A stretch of DNA of 63,665 nt, filler included, from Reticulomyxa filosa (lineage: Eukaryota; Protista; Foraminifera), in assembly GCA_000512085.1 (NCBI GenBank). It is 26 parts of 26 records of this genome, joined end to end, with 100 filler letters (N's around TTAATTAATTAA, not from the genome) between each part and the next. Parts side by side here need not be neighbours in the genome. Positions count along the whole stretch, not along the records: positions 24,946 to 29,644 come from ASPP01012016.1; positions 29,745 to 31,921 come from ASPP01028166.1; positions 32,022 to 33,316 come from ASPP01044984.1; positions 33,417 to 35,862 come from ASPP01020280.1; positions 35,963 to 38,156 come from ASPP01018525.1; positions 38,257 to 40,045 come from ASPP01010435.1; 20 more parts are not named here. One strand, given 5' to 3'. Positions within the stretch are counted from its first letter, which is position 1, and every line of letters starts with the position of its first letter. The notes beneath the pieces are model-generated. The model made no database searches. It was given only the letters and a program-made list of their open reading frames with translations, and was not told where the DNA came from. The translations under genes and the position numbers were made by a program. Shown piece after piece: positions 27,071 to 40,144 of the stretch.

Positions 27071-27565
27071 CTTTCCTTAACTTTTTTGTTTTATGCATTT
27101 TTTTGTTAGTAGCTGATCTGGTCCCGAGAAATTGCTTTTTTTCCATTGTGACCGTTTTTTTCTCTTATAAATGTGACTTGCGAAGAAACAAGGCCACACT
27201 TCATGTATTGCTGTTGGGCGGGTTGTAAAAAATAATTTTTTGAGAGATATATATGAAAGCAATTACAGTGATAAAAACATAACATTTTTTCATTATCAAC
27301 TTTTTGATATAGTGACCAATTTTTAAATGCTTTAACATAAGAAAATCAAAATTTCAATAATTAAAAGGACAATAAGAAAACAAAAAGACAAGCCTTTTTA
27401 AAATAGCAACATTCTTCTAATTTTTAATTTAATTTAATTTAAGGCAAATCAAAACAAAGCAGTAATCTGAATAATGCGGTCAAAAAAAAAAAAAAAGAAT
27501 TCGAATAAAAGGTAGCAACAAACAATTTTTTGAATTACGAAAAGGAGATAGAACAAAAAGACCAT

Positions 27566-28982
27566 ATGGAAGATAATCCTCCAATTTTGGTTCCAGTATT
27601 TTCAAGCTCATTACGAAAGCATTTCAAATATCTGAATTCCACTGGATTGAAAGCCAATCGTTTGAAATGCGTGTCTCCCTACCACGTTTTTTTTGCGAAC
27701 AAGCAAAAAATATATGAAATTTACTTAGTCTATCCAGAGGTGGAAGAAATAAAAATCGAGCGAGGAAGGCAGGGCCCACACATATCACGCCCAATTGAAT
27801 TAAAAGAAATAACTGAACCAAAAGTATTGTTGACAATGTGCTGTGATATAAGCGATTTTGATGTGAGCATAGTAAGTGGGTGCATTAGTTTGACAGGCAT
27901 TGACAATCATGGGCACATACAAACAAAAGTGTTGAAGAGTGAGTCAATAGAAAGCACTGGGTCCCCTCCCAAAAAAAAAAAGTTGGCAAAAATATGGGAG
28001 TCTCAGACGATAACGAAGTAACAGCAACAGCAATGACAATGGCAACAACCAATGACACCACCGTGGCATTCACTGGATTGTCTTGGAGTGGCCTTTGCAG
28101 CATTGACCTCAATAAGGAAACAAAAGAAGGCACCACATTTGTTGCCTCATCATTCGAATATCAGATAATTCAAATGGGCGATATTTCAAAAAACACAATA
28201 CTTCGAACCGTCCATTTGTGTCAAAAACCAATGCAGTCTTTATTTTACACGCCCCCAAACACGTGCAATCCAACTATCTTATGTTTGGAAGGGAATGCAC
28301 TTTCCATACATGATTTTCGGGAAAAATTATCGACCATTACGACCGTTGATGTTTGTAATTGTATACATATATATTTTTTTTAATAAATAAGCGACAAACA
28401 AGTTCATTATGTGAAATTGTTTTGTTAATCTATTGCATTTGCTCTGAAAAGCTAAGAAATGAAATGTATGACATGAGCATTCATCCCAATCGAAATCATA
28501 TCAGTTGCGTTGGTAAAGATAAAGTTGTGTATATTATTGACACTCGTAAATATCAAATACAAACTATGTTCAAATCGGGGGCCAAATATGAGTTGGTCAA
28601 ATGTCAGTTCTCACTCTCTAGTCAGCCAACTTTAGATGATTTTGTTTATTGTGTTGGTTTGGATCATGACATCATGTTTGGAAAATGGAATCGACATCAT
28701 CTCAAAACACACAAAGGTAGCCCAAAAAAATTCAATGACAAAATGTCGGCTGATAATACTTTTCATAGTCTTGATGACAATACAATGGAAGATAAAAGCG
28801 TACATGAGAAGAGATTTCATGAGTGCTTTCGAGGAGATTCAAAATGGATTGGAGTGGATTTTATTGGCCACAGTGGCATGGAATCTATGATCGGTATAAC
28901 CGAAAATGCTACGATCTATGCAGTCAGAAAACCATATTTTATCAATCCAGACACTCACCATATCAAAGAGTTGGTTAAATAA
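27566..28982 (+). CDS. WD40/beta-propeller protein
   Basis: Beta-rich repeats ending HDFR, IIDTR (SCVGKDKVVYIIDTRK) and VGLDHDIMFGKW. Confidence 0.6.
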
Positions 28983-29744
28983 TACTGAGATATTTTTTTG
29001 TTTAAATTACTTTTTACAAAGTATTTACAAATATGAATTTATAGAAATTAGTTATTATAAGAAGTTTCACAACATCAATACTAATTCATTTGGATCAATA
29101 AAAACAACTAAAATATTCTTACTAATTGTGATTTTACACTACATTCTAAATTAAAATAAAGAATAATACAATTTGAAACTTGATAAATATATGAATTTAT
29201 CACTTTTTTTTTAGTGATAGTGGACTATTGAAGTCGAATAAATAAAGAAAAATATTTTAAAACATGCAAATCGCTAGTCAACAAATACAGTACTGAACAA
29301 ATCACAGATTATCTTTACTCTATGTTATACTATATTATATCTTGCATTTGTTATGCATTTAATTTTTTTAGCTGGCTTTACAATATAACTTTTTTTTTTG
29401 TAACAAAAATTTTTTTATTAAATCTATATCAAACTGTAAAAAAAAATAATCAATTTAACAAACGTTTAAACTTGTGTTTAAAAGAAGCTTTATGTGTAAT
29501 TTACCAGTTGGTGGAATCGCAATTGGCCTTTATAACATAATGAATGCGTTTATGTATTGAAGCAATAAGACTATCACACAAATCACCTTCAATCGGGTAC
29601 AATTACTTGCTAAACTAATCAAAGATGTTCTCTTTACTGGAAAANNNNNNNNNNNNNNNNNNNNNNNNNNNNNNNNNNNNNNNNNNNNTTAATTAATTAA
29701 NNNNNNNNNNNNNNNNNNNNNNNNNNNNNNNNNNNNNNNNNNNN

Positions 29745-31820
29745 TGTTTCGAATCTTTGTTCACTTGAGCGGATTCCATTTAGCACCAACTGTCACACTC
29801 TGTCTTTGAGGAAGCTGTCCAGCCACCAGTACATCTTCCCTCTTAATCCAAACTGTTTCCTCATTTTGTATCGCAATCCATCTCTCCACACGCTGTCATA
29901 AGCCGAAGAAATATCCAACAACACTGCATAAGCAACTGAGTTATTGTCGAATGATGCATGGACCGATTCTGTCAGTCGTAGCAATAACTCGTATGTATTG
30001 TGCCATGACTGGAACCCTGCTTGGCACTGGTGCAATAACTTATTTTCATTTAAATACCACATCAATCTCATAGTTATTATTCTTTCCAATAGCTTGCCCA
30101 CTCCAGACAACAGTGCAATAGGCCTGTAATTTTTACACACGCTGTGGTCTCTGTCTGGATTCGGTATTGGTACAATGTTAGCTTTCTTCCACAATATTGG
30201 AACGTGGCCAATCCTGAAACTCCAATCGAACAGTAGCACCAACGAATCGACCATTGCTTGTCCTCCATTCTTGATCATCTGGTTATGAATATTGTCTGGT
30301 CCTTGTGCCTTATGCGATGATATGTGCGTAGTGCTTCTATCACTTCTTCTTATGTGATATGACATTGGTGTGGGTCGATAATTATGTCAGTCCAATCATT
30401 GAGTTCGCGCTCTCTAGTCATTTCCACTGCTGACGTAATATCGTCCTCGACGAGCTGGTAATGATCTTCAATTTCATCCGAATATCCAGGTGGCTGGGGT
30501 GGCTGTGAAAACCATGACACAAACAACTCAGCCTTCTCCGAATTTGTCTTTGCAATTGAGTTAGTTCCAGGACAAATGATTGATGGAATAACTGTAATTT
30601 TGTTGGAATTCATCGATCGAAACTGCGAAAACAGTTGACGAGAATTACCCTCTTGCAGATTTTGAATGCTTTTGATCATGTGCTCTTGCTTCTCTTGACG
30701 AAGCTTCCTTTTCAGCAAAGAAGCTGCTTGTTTGTAATTTTTATAATTTTCTTCGGTGCGATTGCGTCGAAAAGCTTTTTCAATTGGTGCACTTTCTTGC
30801 GCTTTCTATGCAATGAATCACTCCGCCAAGGCTTATTTCCTTTCCACACTGTCCTGATTCCAATAGTAATCTTTGCAAAACCAGTGATACAATCTGTCCA
30901 TTGTTCCACTGCAATATTCAATTGCTGTGGATCATTGGACAGCCACTGTGGAATATTATTTCTCCATTCTTCCAGTCTGTTTGCCAGTACTCGGCGGAAT
31001 TGTTCCCATTTATTACTTTTTAGATTCCATGTTTCAATTTTCTGCCTTTCGATCTTGGAGGATGACCAAACTGCCTTAATGTTGAATGTGATCGGCAAGT
31101 GGTCCGAATGGACATCCATTTCATCACAGTCTGTTCTCCAATTGCTACACAATGGAAAAAGTGAGGAAGAGCACATTGTGATGTCAATTGATGCCTGGCT
31201 CCATCTTTTTCGAATGTCGTATCAAATGGCTCCGAATTGAGTATTTGCATGTTGTTTCCCAAAATAAAGTCTAATACTTTCTCTCCGATGTCATCACTCA
31301 TTGAATCCAGTCAGGCAGGGTGGTGTGCATTCCAATCACCACCGACGATAATGAACTCTGAAATTCGTCTTGCAGCAGCTAATTCTTTTTCAAATGATTC
31401 CAAATTGAAAGAGACCAATGCTAGTTGTGCTACTTCTTCTCCTTCTTCTTCAGAACCTTTGTAATAAACACCAGTCTTCTTCAGGTTCCCGTATATACTA
31501 CACAACATGACCGACTTTCTTTGGCCTGGGCAGCTAATTTCCACCCAACACGATTCATAACATAATGCTTGGAATTTGCTGAATTGTGGTTCAAATGTCT
31601 TTTGACTTACATTTAGGCTCGACGACACAGGATGCCTGACCTTCACAGAACTGGTTATACGTATTCTGGAACTGTTGATTGCTAATTCTTTTGTCTCCGA
31701 CCGGAAACACTCCTGAAGGAGACAGATATGTGGTTGGACTGCATGGAGGTTCTGCTCCAGCAGTTGGGCTTTCGAATAGAAGCCGTTTATGTTGTTTTGG
31801 AATATGATCAACTCGTTCAT
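29745..31820 (-). mobile_element. Non-LTR retrotransposon (LINE) ORF2, APE endonuclease + reverse transcriptase, decayed and truncated
   Basis: QNNING, CLLQE, GGDWNAHH, SDHLPI (APE); KAQGPDNI, WKKANIVPIP, NYRPIALL, QAGF, LLDISSAYDSV (RT). Internal TGA stops and frameshifts. Confidence 0.93.
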
Positions 31821-32289
31821 TGATCGTATTCCAAAAAACTGGTTTCCTGTTCGCTGTGATTGTTATCTTCTTCTTCTTCTTGATATCGAAGAAGTGGTTT
31901 CAATGACTGAACAATTACTGCNNNNNNNNNNNNNNNNNNNNNNNNNNNNNNNNNNNNNNNNNNNNTTAATTAATTAANNNNNNNNNNNNNNNNNNNNNNN
32001 NNNNNNNNNNNNNNNNNNNNNCAACAAATTAGAGAATATACGATATATGTAATAAATAAAAAAAATTGATAATATAAATATTGACGGAAATGTATATGCT
32101 ATCGATTGTGAAATTCAACAAATATAAAACAATACATTATACCAATTTAATGGGAAACAAAAATATATCATGGAGTTATAGTTTTACTTCAACATCTTCA
32201 AAATAAATAACAAAACTATTTGATGATACAATTAATTATTTTCAATAAAATTTTACATCCTTTTAATGTTATTATATATATACATATAT

Positions 32290-32660
32290 AATATTTATTA
32301 GGATTTATTTATAGTACTTGAATGTTTTGAAATGACATTAAAAAAAAAAAATTATTAAAAATTAAAAAAGATCAAGAAGATATTGAATATTTTGAAAAAG
32401 TATTACAAATTTATTTGAGTATTTTTGAAAATAATGATGAAACCAATCTTATTTTATGAAAAATCATTTCATGCAGATATTGTTTCATCATACCAACAAA
32501 TTAGGATTAACTTATAATAAAAAAACAATTATATTATAAAGCGATTGAATGTCATCGAAAATTATTGAAAATATTCAAAAGTACAAATGAAGATGTTATC
32601 AACGTTTAAGAGAAAAACAAATTGTATGCAAATATTTTGAAGAAGCATGAAAAATTAATA
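32290..32660 (+). pseudogene. Decayed TPR-repeat gene
   Basis: DIEYFEKVLQIYLSIF, HADIVSSY, KAIECHRK fragments broken by stops. Confidence 0.5.
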
Positions 32661-32904
32661 ATACATTATTATTGACAAAAAGTAAAAGAGATATTTCATT
32701 TGAGTATTTTTATCATTTGTAAACACATTTTTCCCTTTTTTTCTATGTAATATACTTTTTTTCTGCAACTCAAAATTGTTAAAATAATGAAATTTCATTC
32801 ACAAGTTTGTTGTTGATCCCTCATTCATAAAAAAAACGAACTTCTACAAACTCAATCATCTTTGTGCAATCGTTAGAACAAAAACCTACCTCAAGAAAAA
32901 AGTA

Positions 32905-33316
32905 ATGAGCAACACAGAAGATGAAAAAACTTTAAAAGAACTAGAAATTGGAATGTCTCCAGATTCTCTAGAGAATTCTTGTTTCAGTAAAGAGTGGATT
33001 TTGCAATTGAACCAACAAGAGCAAATTACTCACTTCATTTGCTTGATTTGCAAACAAGTTGCTAGAAATCCTATTGAAATGAATTATACACAACACCAAG
33101 ATTCAAATGAATCGCTTATTGTTGGAACGAATTGTTTAAAGCAATTCTTAAGTATTAATCCTAATTCTTGTCCTGTCCAACCTCACAATAGTTGTTTGTA
33201 TGCTCCAAGCAGATCAGCTCAACTACACATTGATGACTTACGTGTTATATGTTCACGACAATTTCAACAAGATTCACAAACAACCACTCGGGGACAACGA
33301 TCAGAAGAAGAAGAAG
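32905..33316 (+). CDS. RING/TRAF-like zinc-binding N-terminal domain protein (truncated)
   Basis: HFICLICKQVARNPIE...NCLKQFL..NPNSCPVQPH...LRVICSRQF. Confidence 0.65.
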
Positions 33317-33474
33317 NNNNNNNNNNNNNNNNNNNNNNNNNNNNNNNNNNNNNNNNNNNNTTAATTAATTAANNNNNNNNNNNNNNNNNNNNNNNNNNNN
33401 NNNNNNNNNNNNNNNNTTGCTCGAACATATGATAAGATATGAACATACTCCTACACACACACACACACACACAA

Positions 33475-33995
33475 GGACTCATCCACTTATTTTCTCACCG
33501 GCATCACTGAAAAAGCGGCATTGTCCATCAAAGACGCGTTCAATTCGCACATTGACATGATGATCATTGGTCGGCTAAGAAATGAGGTGCTGTCTAAAAA
33601 CTTGTAATTTTTTATTGACACATTTTTTGTTTTGTTTTGTTTTGTTTTGCTTATTTATTTATGTATTTGTGTATTTGTGTATTTATGTATTTTTTTTTTT
33701 CTCCGACTACATGCTGCTTCTCCATTCCACAAATAGCCCTGCTTTCCAAAGTGCCATTTCCACACAAAAACGCATCCAATGCTGGTGAAGACGACCCTCG
33801 GGGAAATAAAAAGAACCACCTACTCGAGATGGCCTTTCCTTCGCTGCAATTACTGCAAAGTCAAATACACCCATTCTTGGAACATCTTTTATGTGTGTCC
33901 CTTGAACTCCACTCATGGTCATAAAAAAGGCTTGCATTATTGTTTGAAGTGTGTCAACAATCAGATGGCCGGTATCTTTTGTGATTGTTCATATT

Positions 33996-34044
<49 letters not shown>

Positions 34045-34824
34045 GTGTATTTATTTATTGAGTTATGTCATTTGTATATTTTTATATTTGTTTGTATGTA
34101 TGTGTGTGTGTGTGTGTGTTCACACGACACACAGAATTTTATGAGAACAATGACCAAACGCAATTGGACATGTCACGTTCTTTTCGAACAATGGAATACT
34201 CGGACACATCACCGACTCGAACCGCCAAAAAAAAGGACGCCAACTCACCTTTTTTGAGTCTGAATTCGAGACATTCGAGCATTGAATTTACCAATCCCTC
34301 ATTCTTCCGGAAGTTGCTTGGCGTGGAGCCCTACGACTCGTCGTCATCGTGTCTTTATCATCGTCGACACAGGAGCAAGAGTATCGCAAGCACACATTCA
34401 CGTCCTTCCAAAAGCAATCACACGATCACCAGCAATAATAACAACATCAACATCAACATCAACATTAACAATATTGTCAATGATTCATTGGACAGACGAA
34501 AATACAATCGCAACGACGAAACTTGTGTGCTTGTCAAGTTCCGCAATGCCGACCGCGAAAAAAAAAAGAAGCAGCGCAAGAAAACCAAGGCCAGCAAAAA
34601 AAAAAGGGGAATGAATGGATGAACGAGTCAAGCAATCGAGATGACATTGGCTCGGATTGGATTGATGATAATAGTTCCAATGCGGCTCATGTCTTGACGT
34701 TCCAAATGATCAAAAAGCAACTGAAGCAGTATCATTTGCAAAACGCGTTTTTGCCGAACGTGCCTTGTCGAATCGAGAAATTAGTTCAGTGCACGTTTCA
34801 GTTATTTGAAATGTTTTTCATTTG

Positions 34825-34856
<32 letters not shown>

Positions 34857-35720
34857 TAGCACGACAACTTACGGTTGTGTTTATATAACATTATATTATA
34901 TTGTTGGATTTTGTCTTTTCTATTAATTGTATTTATTTCAATTATTTCAATTGAATGGGGGGGGGGGGGTGGGGGAATGCAAAAAAAAAAAAGTCATTAG
35001 AATGGAAATATCAAAACACAAGCAATGAAATAAGACGGAAGTTTCGAGGAGTGAACATGCTATTGTCGCTACTGTTTCAACTACCACTAGTTCAAGTGAT
35101 TGGCAGCATCGTGGGCTACTATCTGTGGCGAAGCAATGCCCCGAGGAATCTGAAAGATATCATATCATTCAATGTGGTCTTGTCGTGGAGCACCGTCCGG
35201 CAATGGTGTTGGAAGCCCGTTCAAGATGCGTGGATTAAGTATGGAGTGAGAAGCAATCGCTTGATATCCGATGTCAAGTCCATCAATAACTACTCACCAC
35301 GAAGAAGAGAGCGAGGAGGAGGAGGAGAAGAAGAAGAAGAAGAAGAAGAAGAAGAAGATGAAAATGAAGAAGATGATGATGAAAAAAAAGAAGAAGAAGA
35401 AGAAGAAGAAGAATTCATAGTTTCCTGTTGCTGCAACGGAAACAAAGAATGCAACGGGTGCAAGTTTTGGTCCACGCAACTGCTCATTTGGGCCGTCATC
35501 CATGTCGTCTGGTGCTGTGCAATTGGCACCAGTGTCTGGAGACAACAGTACGGATCTCTGATCTTGCAAGTGTTCCATGGGCTGTTCTTGAGTGTTTGGT
35601 GCGGTACCGAGTATTATACCATTACGCCACAGTCTCATCCTTTGCTCGCTTATTCCATCACACTTGACTGCTCCTGTGACTATCAGAACAACAGACTTCA
35701 TGACCACCTCGTTGATGAGG
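33475..35720 (+). CDS. Hypothetical multi-exon protein with a Cys/His-rich module and several TM helices (both ends truncated)
   Basis: KCHFHTKTHPML..RCNYCK..YVCP..H..HYCLKC, followed by hydrophobic helices flanking a poly-E tract. Confidence 0.55.
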
Positions 35721-35962
35721 TGTCGGGAGGAGTCATCACTATGCCTTTGTTTCAATTTATGTATGTGTATACGTATATCATACATACAAATACATGTATA
35801 CTTATATACATGTGCATACGTATACATTTGTACGTACAGAGACACACTTTTTTTTTTTTTTTNNNNNNNNNNNNNNNNNNNNNNNNNNNNNNNNNNNNNN
35901 NNNNNNTTAATTAATTAANNNNNNNNNNNNNNNNNNNNNNNNNNNNNNNNNNNNNNNNNNNN

Positions 35963-36676
35963 GACTCTGACCAGTCAAGGCTCTTTGCCTATCCTGCTGG
36001 TAATTGCGCTGTTTGTGGCAGTTATCGCGGTAACCTACCTGGTTGTATTTGTGGAACGTGGCCAGCGCAAAGTTCTGGTGAATTACGCCAAGCGTCAAGT
36101 CGGCAACCGTGTTATGCAGGGTCAGAGTACCCACATGCCGCTGAAGCTGAACATGGCCGGTGTGATTCCGCCGATTTTTGCTTCGAGCATCATTCTGTTC
36201 CCGGCAACGGTTTTGGGTTGGTTCGGTAATACCGAAGGTCTGGGCCTGCTGAAGTCCATTGCGGACAAGCTGCATCCTGGTCAGCCGGTATACGTGCTGC
36301 TGTACGCTGCGGCAATCATTTTCTTCTGTTACTTCTATACCGCCTTGGTGTTAACCCCAAGGAAACGGCAGATAACCTGAAGAAGAGTGGGGCTTTCATC
36401 CCAGGTATCCGCCCGGGTGAGCAGACTTCCCGTTACATCGAGAAGATCATCCTCCGCCTCACATTGATTGGTGCGATCTACATCACACTTGTTTGCTTGA
36501 TGCCTGAGTTCCTTATTCTTAACTGGAACGTTCCCTTCTACTTCGGCGGTACTTCGCTGCTGATTATGGTGGTGGTAACGATGGATTTCATGGCTCAAGT
36601 ACAGTCGTATGTTCTTTCCCATCAGTACGAGGGCCTGCTCAAGAAAGCTAACTTCAAGAGTGGCGTCAGCCGCTAA
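35963..36676 (+). CDS. secY: Preprotein translocase SecY, 3' part (bacterial)
   Basis: [35 protein letters not shown]. One frameshift near 36355. Confidence 0.97.
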
Positions 36677-36696
36677 GGTAAACGGTAACTGGCTTT

Positions 36697-36914
36697 ATGG
36701 CGAAAGAAGATACTATCCAGATGCAGGGCGAGGTCCTGGAAACGCTGCCTAACGCAACTTTCCGGGTCAAGCTCGAAAATGGACACGTTGTTCTCGGTCA
36801 CATCTCCGGCAAGATGCGTATGCACTACATCCGATTTTGCCCGGCGACAAGGTCACGGTCGAAATGACTCCTTACGACCTGTCGCGTGCCCGTATCGTGT
36901 TCCGTGCGAAGTAA
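36697..36914 (+). CDS. infA: Translation initiation factor IF-1
   Basis: [50 protein letters not shown]. One base is missing near 36833. Confidence 0.95.
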
Positions 36915-36949
36915 TCGCACTTGCTCTTTTCAGATAGAAAGGAACTGAA

Positions 36950-37064
36950 ATGCGTGTACAACCTTCGGTAAAGAAAATTTGCCGTAACTGCTAAAATCAT
37001 TCGTCGCAATCGTGTTGTACGAGTGATCTGCACTGATCCGCGTCACAAACAAAAACAAGGCTAA
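36950..37064 (+). CDS. rpmJ: 50S ribosomal protein L36
   Basis: [14 protein letters not shown](K)[22 protein letters not shown], with one extra base near 36992. Confidence 0.95.
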
Positions 37065-37132
37065 CATTTGTTAGCCGGATTTTGTCGTGTTACAATCGCA
37101 ACCTTTTCAAGCTTAAGGCTTAAGGAAAGAGA

Positions 37133-37496
37133 ATGGCCCGTATTGCAGGGGTAAACATCCCCAATCATGCGCATGCTGTTATCGGCCTGCAGGCTATCTA
37201 CGGTATCGGTGCTACCCGCGCGAAGCTCATCTGTGCTTCCGCTGGTATCAATCCTTCCTCCAAAGTGAAGGATCTGACCGAAGCCGAGATGGAGTCGCTG
37301 CGTGTAGAAGTCGCCAAGTTCACCGTAGAAGGTGATCTGCGTCGCGAAATTACCATGAGCATCAAACGTCTGATGGACATGGGTTGCTATCGTGGTTTCC
37401 GCCATCGTCGTGGTCTGCCCGTGCCGTGGCCAGCGCACTCGTACCAATGCTCGTACCCGCAAAGGTCCGCGCAAGGCTATCGCCGGTAAGAAGTAA
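37133..37496 (+). CDS. rpsM: 30S ribosomal protein S13
   Basis: [29 protein letters not shown]([14 protein letters not shown]). One extra base. Confidence 0.97.
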
Positions 37497-37514
37497 TTTT
37501 AAGGAACACAGATA

Positions 37515-37910
37515 ATGGCTAAAGCAAACACAGCTGTCCGTGTACGCAAAAAAGTACGCAAGTCTGTTAGCGACGGTATCGTGCACGTGCACGCTTCCTT
37601 CAATAACACCATCATTACCATCACTGACCGTCAGGGAAATGCTTTGTCTTGGGCTACCTCCGGTGGTGCTGGCTTTAAAGGCTCGCGTAAAAGTACACCC
37701 TTTGCCGCTCAGGTAGCTGCAGAGCACGCTGGTAAAGTTGCCCAAGAATACGGTGTTAAGAACCTGGAAGTACGCATCAAGGGCCCAGGCCCGGGTCGTG
37801 AGTCTTCTGTTCGCGCCCTGAATGCGCTGGGTTTCAAAGTGACCAGCATCTCCGACGTGACGCCCGTTCCGCACAACGGCTGCCGTCCTCCCAAAAAACG
37901 TCGTATCTAA
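37515..37910 (+). CDS. rpsK: 30S ribosomal protein S11
   Basis: [40 protein letters not shown]. Confidence 0.98.
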   Translation: MAKANTAVRVRKKVRKSVSDGIVHVHASFNNTIITITDRQGNALSWATSGGAGFKGSRKSTPFAAQVAAEHAGKVAQEYGVKNLEVRIKGPGPGRESSVRALNALGFKVTSISDVTPVPHNGCRPPKKRRI

Positions 37911-37928
37911 TTTCGGAGAGTCTGAGAA

Positions 37929-38156
37929 ATGGCACGTTACACCGGCCCTAAATGTAAACTGGCTCGTCGCGAAGGGACCGATCTCTTCCTGAAGAGCGCC
38001 CGTCGTGCACTGGATACCAAGTGCAAACTGGATACCGCACCTGGCCAGCACGGCGCTAAGAACACCCGTCTGTCGGACTTCGGTGTTCAACTGCGTGAAA
38101 ACAAAAGTACGCCGCATCTACGGTGTTATGGAGCGTCAGTTCCGTAAATACTTTGC
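37929..38156 (+). CDS. rpsD: 30S ribosomal protein S4, 5' part
   Basis: [32 protein letters not shown]. Confidence 0.96.
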
Positions 38157-38859
38157 NNNNNNNNNNNNNNNNNNNNNNNNNNNNNNNNNNNNNNNNNNNN
38201 TTAATTAATTAANNNNNNNNNNNNNNNNNNNNNNNNNNNNNNNNNNNNNNNNNNNNCGATTGCAAGTATTTGACTTGCCTCAAATTTTTGCTCAAAAAGT
38301 AAAATTGTAGTTTGTTTGTATTTTTGGAATAATTTTAACATTCCCAAGTCTCCAGCACCTATATCTTTCTCATTCAATTAAATTTCCCGTACAAAATTTC
38401 TTAATTTAAATGTTTGAGTTTTTGCTGATGCTATCTATGGCCAATTGTACAGCAACCAATTACAAAAAACTTTTCCTAGGGCCAAAAAAACAATCAATAT
38501 TTCATAACTGCAAAACTAGTTGATCTTTCACAAATTGTTAAAAAATATTGAAAATATCTCAAATAAAATTTCAAAAAGCTTAAATATATTTTTATCAAAA
38601 AAAACAATTCGGTGATCACTCTTTACTTGCACTTTTCCAACCAAAGAAATATTGCCTTCCACTACACCAAAAAAACACAAATTAAAATTGGAGTAATATA
38701 ATTTTTGCTTTGCATTCCTTTAATTTTGAAAATCGCTGGAACCCTTCACTAAATTTTTTATCCTTCTTGATGCAAGCCCCAAAATTAAAGTTTTTTTACC
38801 AAATACGGAGGCGTTTGGATTACGTATTTTCCCTTTGGATATCAATGACTTATAAGAAA

Positions 38860-39770
38860 ACAATTTCCAAAGGAAATAGAAACAGGCACCACTTATATAG
38901 CCGCTAAGACGTACAACATGAGCAATTCTGTCGGGTGTATCTTGCAACACATGATCCATTTTATTTTTATGGTATGATCACCTCAAGCTGTAGCCTTTTG
39001 TAAAATGGATCCATATACAACACAAATATGTCCAAAAAAGCACGCGGCAAAGACGACAGGAAAAAGGGACATTTTTCTTTTTTTCTGCAAAAAAAAACAT
39101 AACAAAATTCACACAAGAATAAATACGTATATGTATACACTTATACGTACGCATATATACAAAAAAATGGACAATACAAAACTATATTCTAACATTTTGG
39201 GCTCGTCATCTTTTGATAGTGCTTGCACTTTGTCACAGCTTTTGTCATAATGGTAGTGGTATGGAAATACCACTGCCAAGTTACCAAGCATTCCTCCACT
39301 TACGTACACCAACCAAAACATTCGACCACCTTTTTTTTTGAATGAATTGAATGGGGGAGGGGGAAAAAAAAAGATAGTATCAAAAGTTTGTGTTCAATGA
39401 GGGCAAGGCTAAAAAGAGTGAAAAATAAAATAAACAAAAAAAAATGGACAAACCAATATATGGTATTAAATGTAGCCCTTGACTGGCAAGGCCCAAGAAA
39501 TTAAACAGGAAATGATCAAAGCCATGATGTATCAATGTTGATGTTATTAATATATTGTATCTGTGCAATTTCCAATCTCTTATCGAAAATACAAAATGAT
39601 CAGTCATCGTTTTTTTTGTCACTGGATACGAGGAAAAGTTATCCTTATTTAATTCTTCCTGTTTGCAATTTTGCGTTTGTTTTTTTAAAAAAGTGCACCG
39701 TTTTGTACGATATTGTCCAAAGATAAACCAGTGCTCTAACATTCTTTTTTTGTTCTTCTCCTCTCGTTCA
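38860..39770 (-). pseudogene. Rhomboid-family intramembrane protease, degraded or inactive
   Basis: ITSTLIHHGFDHFLFNFLGL, FWLVYVSGGMLGN, RIAHVVRLSGYISG (degenerate AH..H..G). Internal stops. Confidence 0.6.
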
Positions 39771-40144
39771 TGTCTTCACATTAAATACATTCTCGAGAAT
39801 AAATGGATATTTAAGCTTCTTAAATGAAGAATTGCCACAAACAAATGTATGTTCATATTCATCCCCGCTTCCTTTTCCTTCCCTTTTTTTTTCCATTAAA
39901 AAAGCCTCTCTAAGAGCAACAAGAACAAGTAAAATTTTCTAAGCAATCAATTGATAAAATAGCACCGAAAACATAATGATTTTCAAATGTCGCAAAGAAA
40001 GGGATGATAATTTCTCAACAACGACAATAAAAAAAATGATGATTGNNNNNNNNNNNNNNNNNNNNNNNNNNNNNNNNNNNNNNNNNNNNTTAATTAATTA
40101 ANNNNNNNNNNNNNNNNNNNNNNNNNNNNNNNNNNNNNNNNNNN

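Noticed and set aside
29790-31315. TGA readthrough or a variant genetic code in the LINE
   Set aside because: The two TGAs appear to replace different residues (Trp and Gly), the element is also frameshifted, and TGA ends normal genes here.
35963-38156. Horizontal transfer of a ribosomal operon, or an organelle genome
   Set aside because: Isolated contig with no host junction and free-living-like composition.
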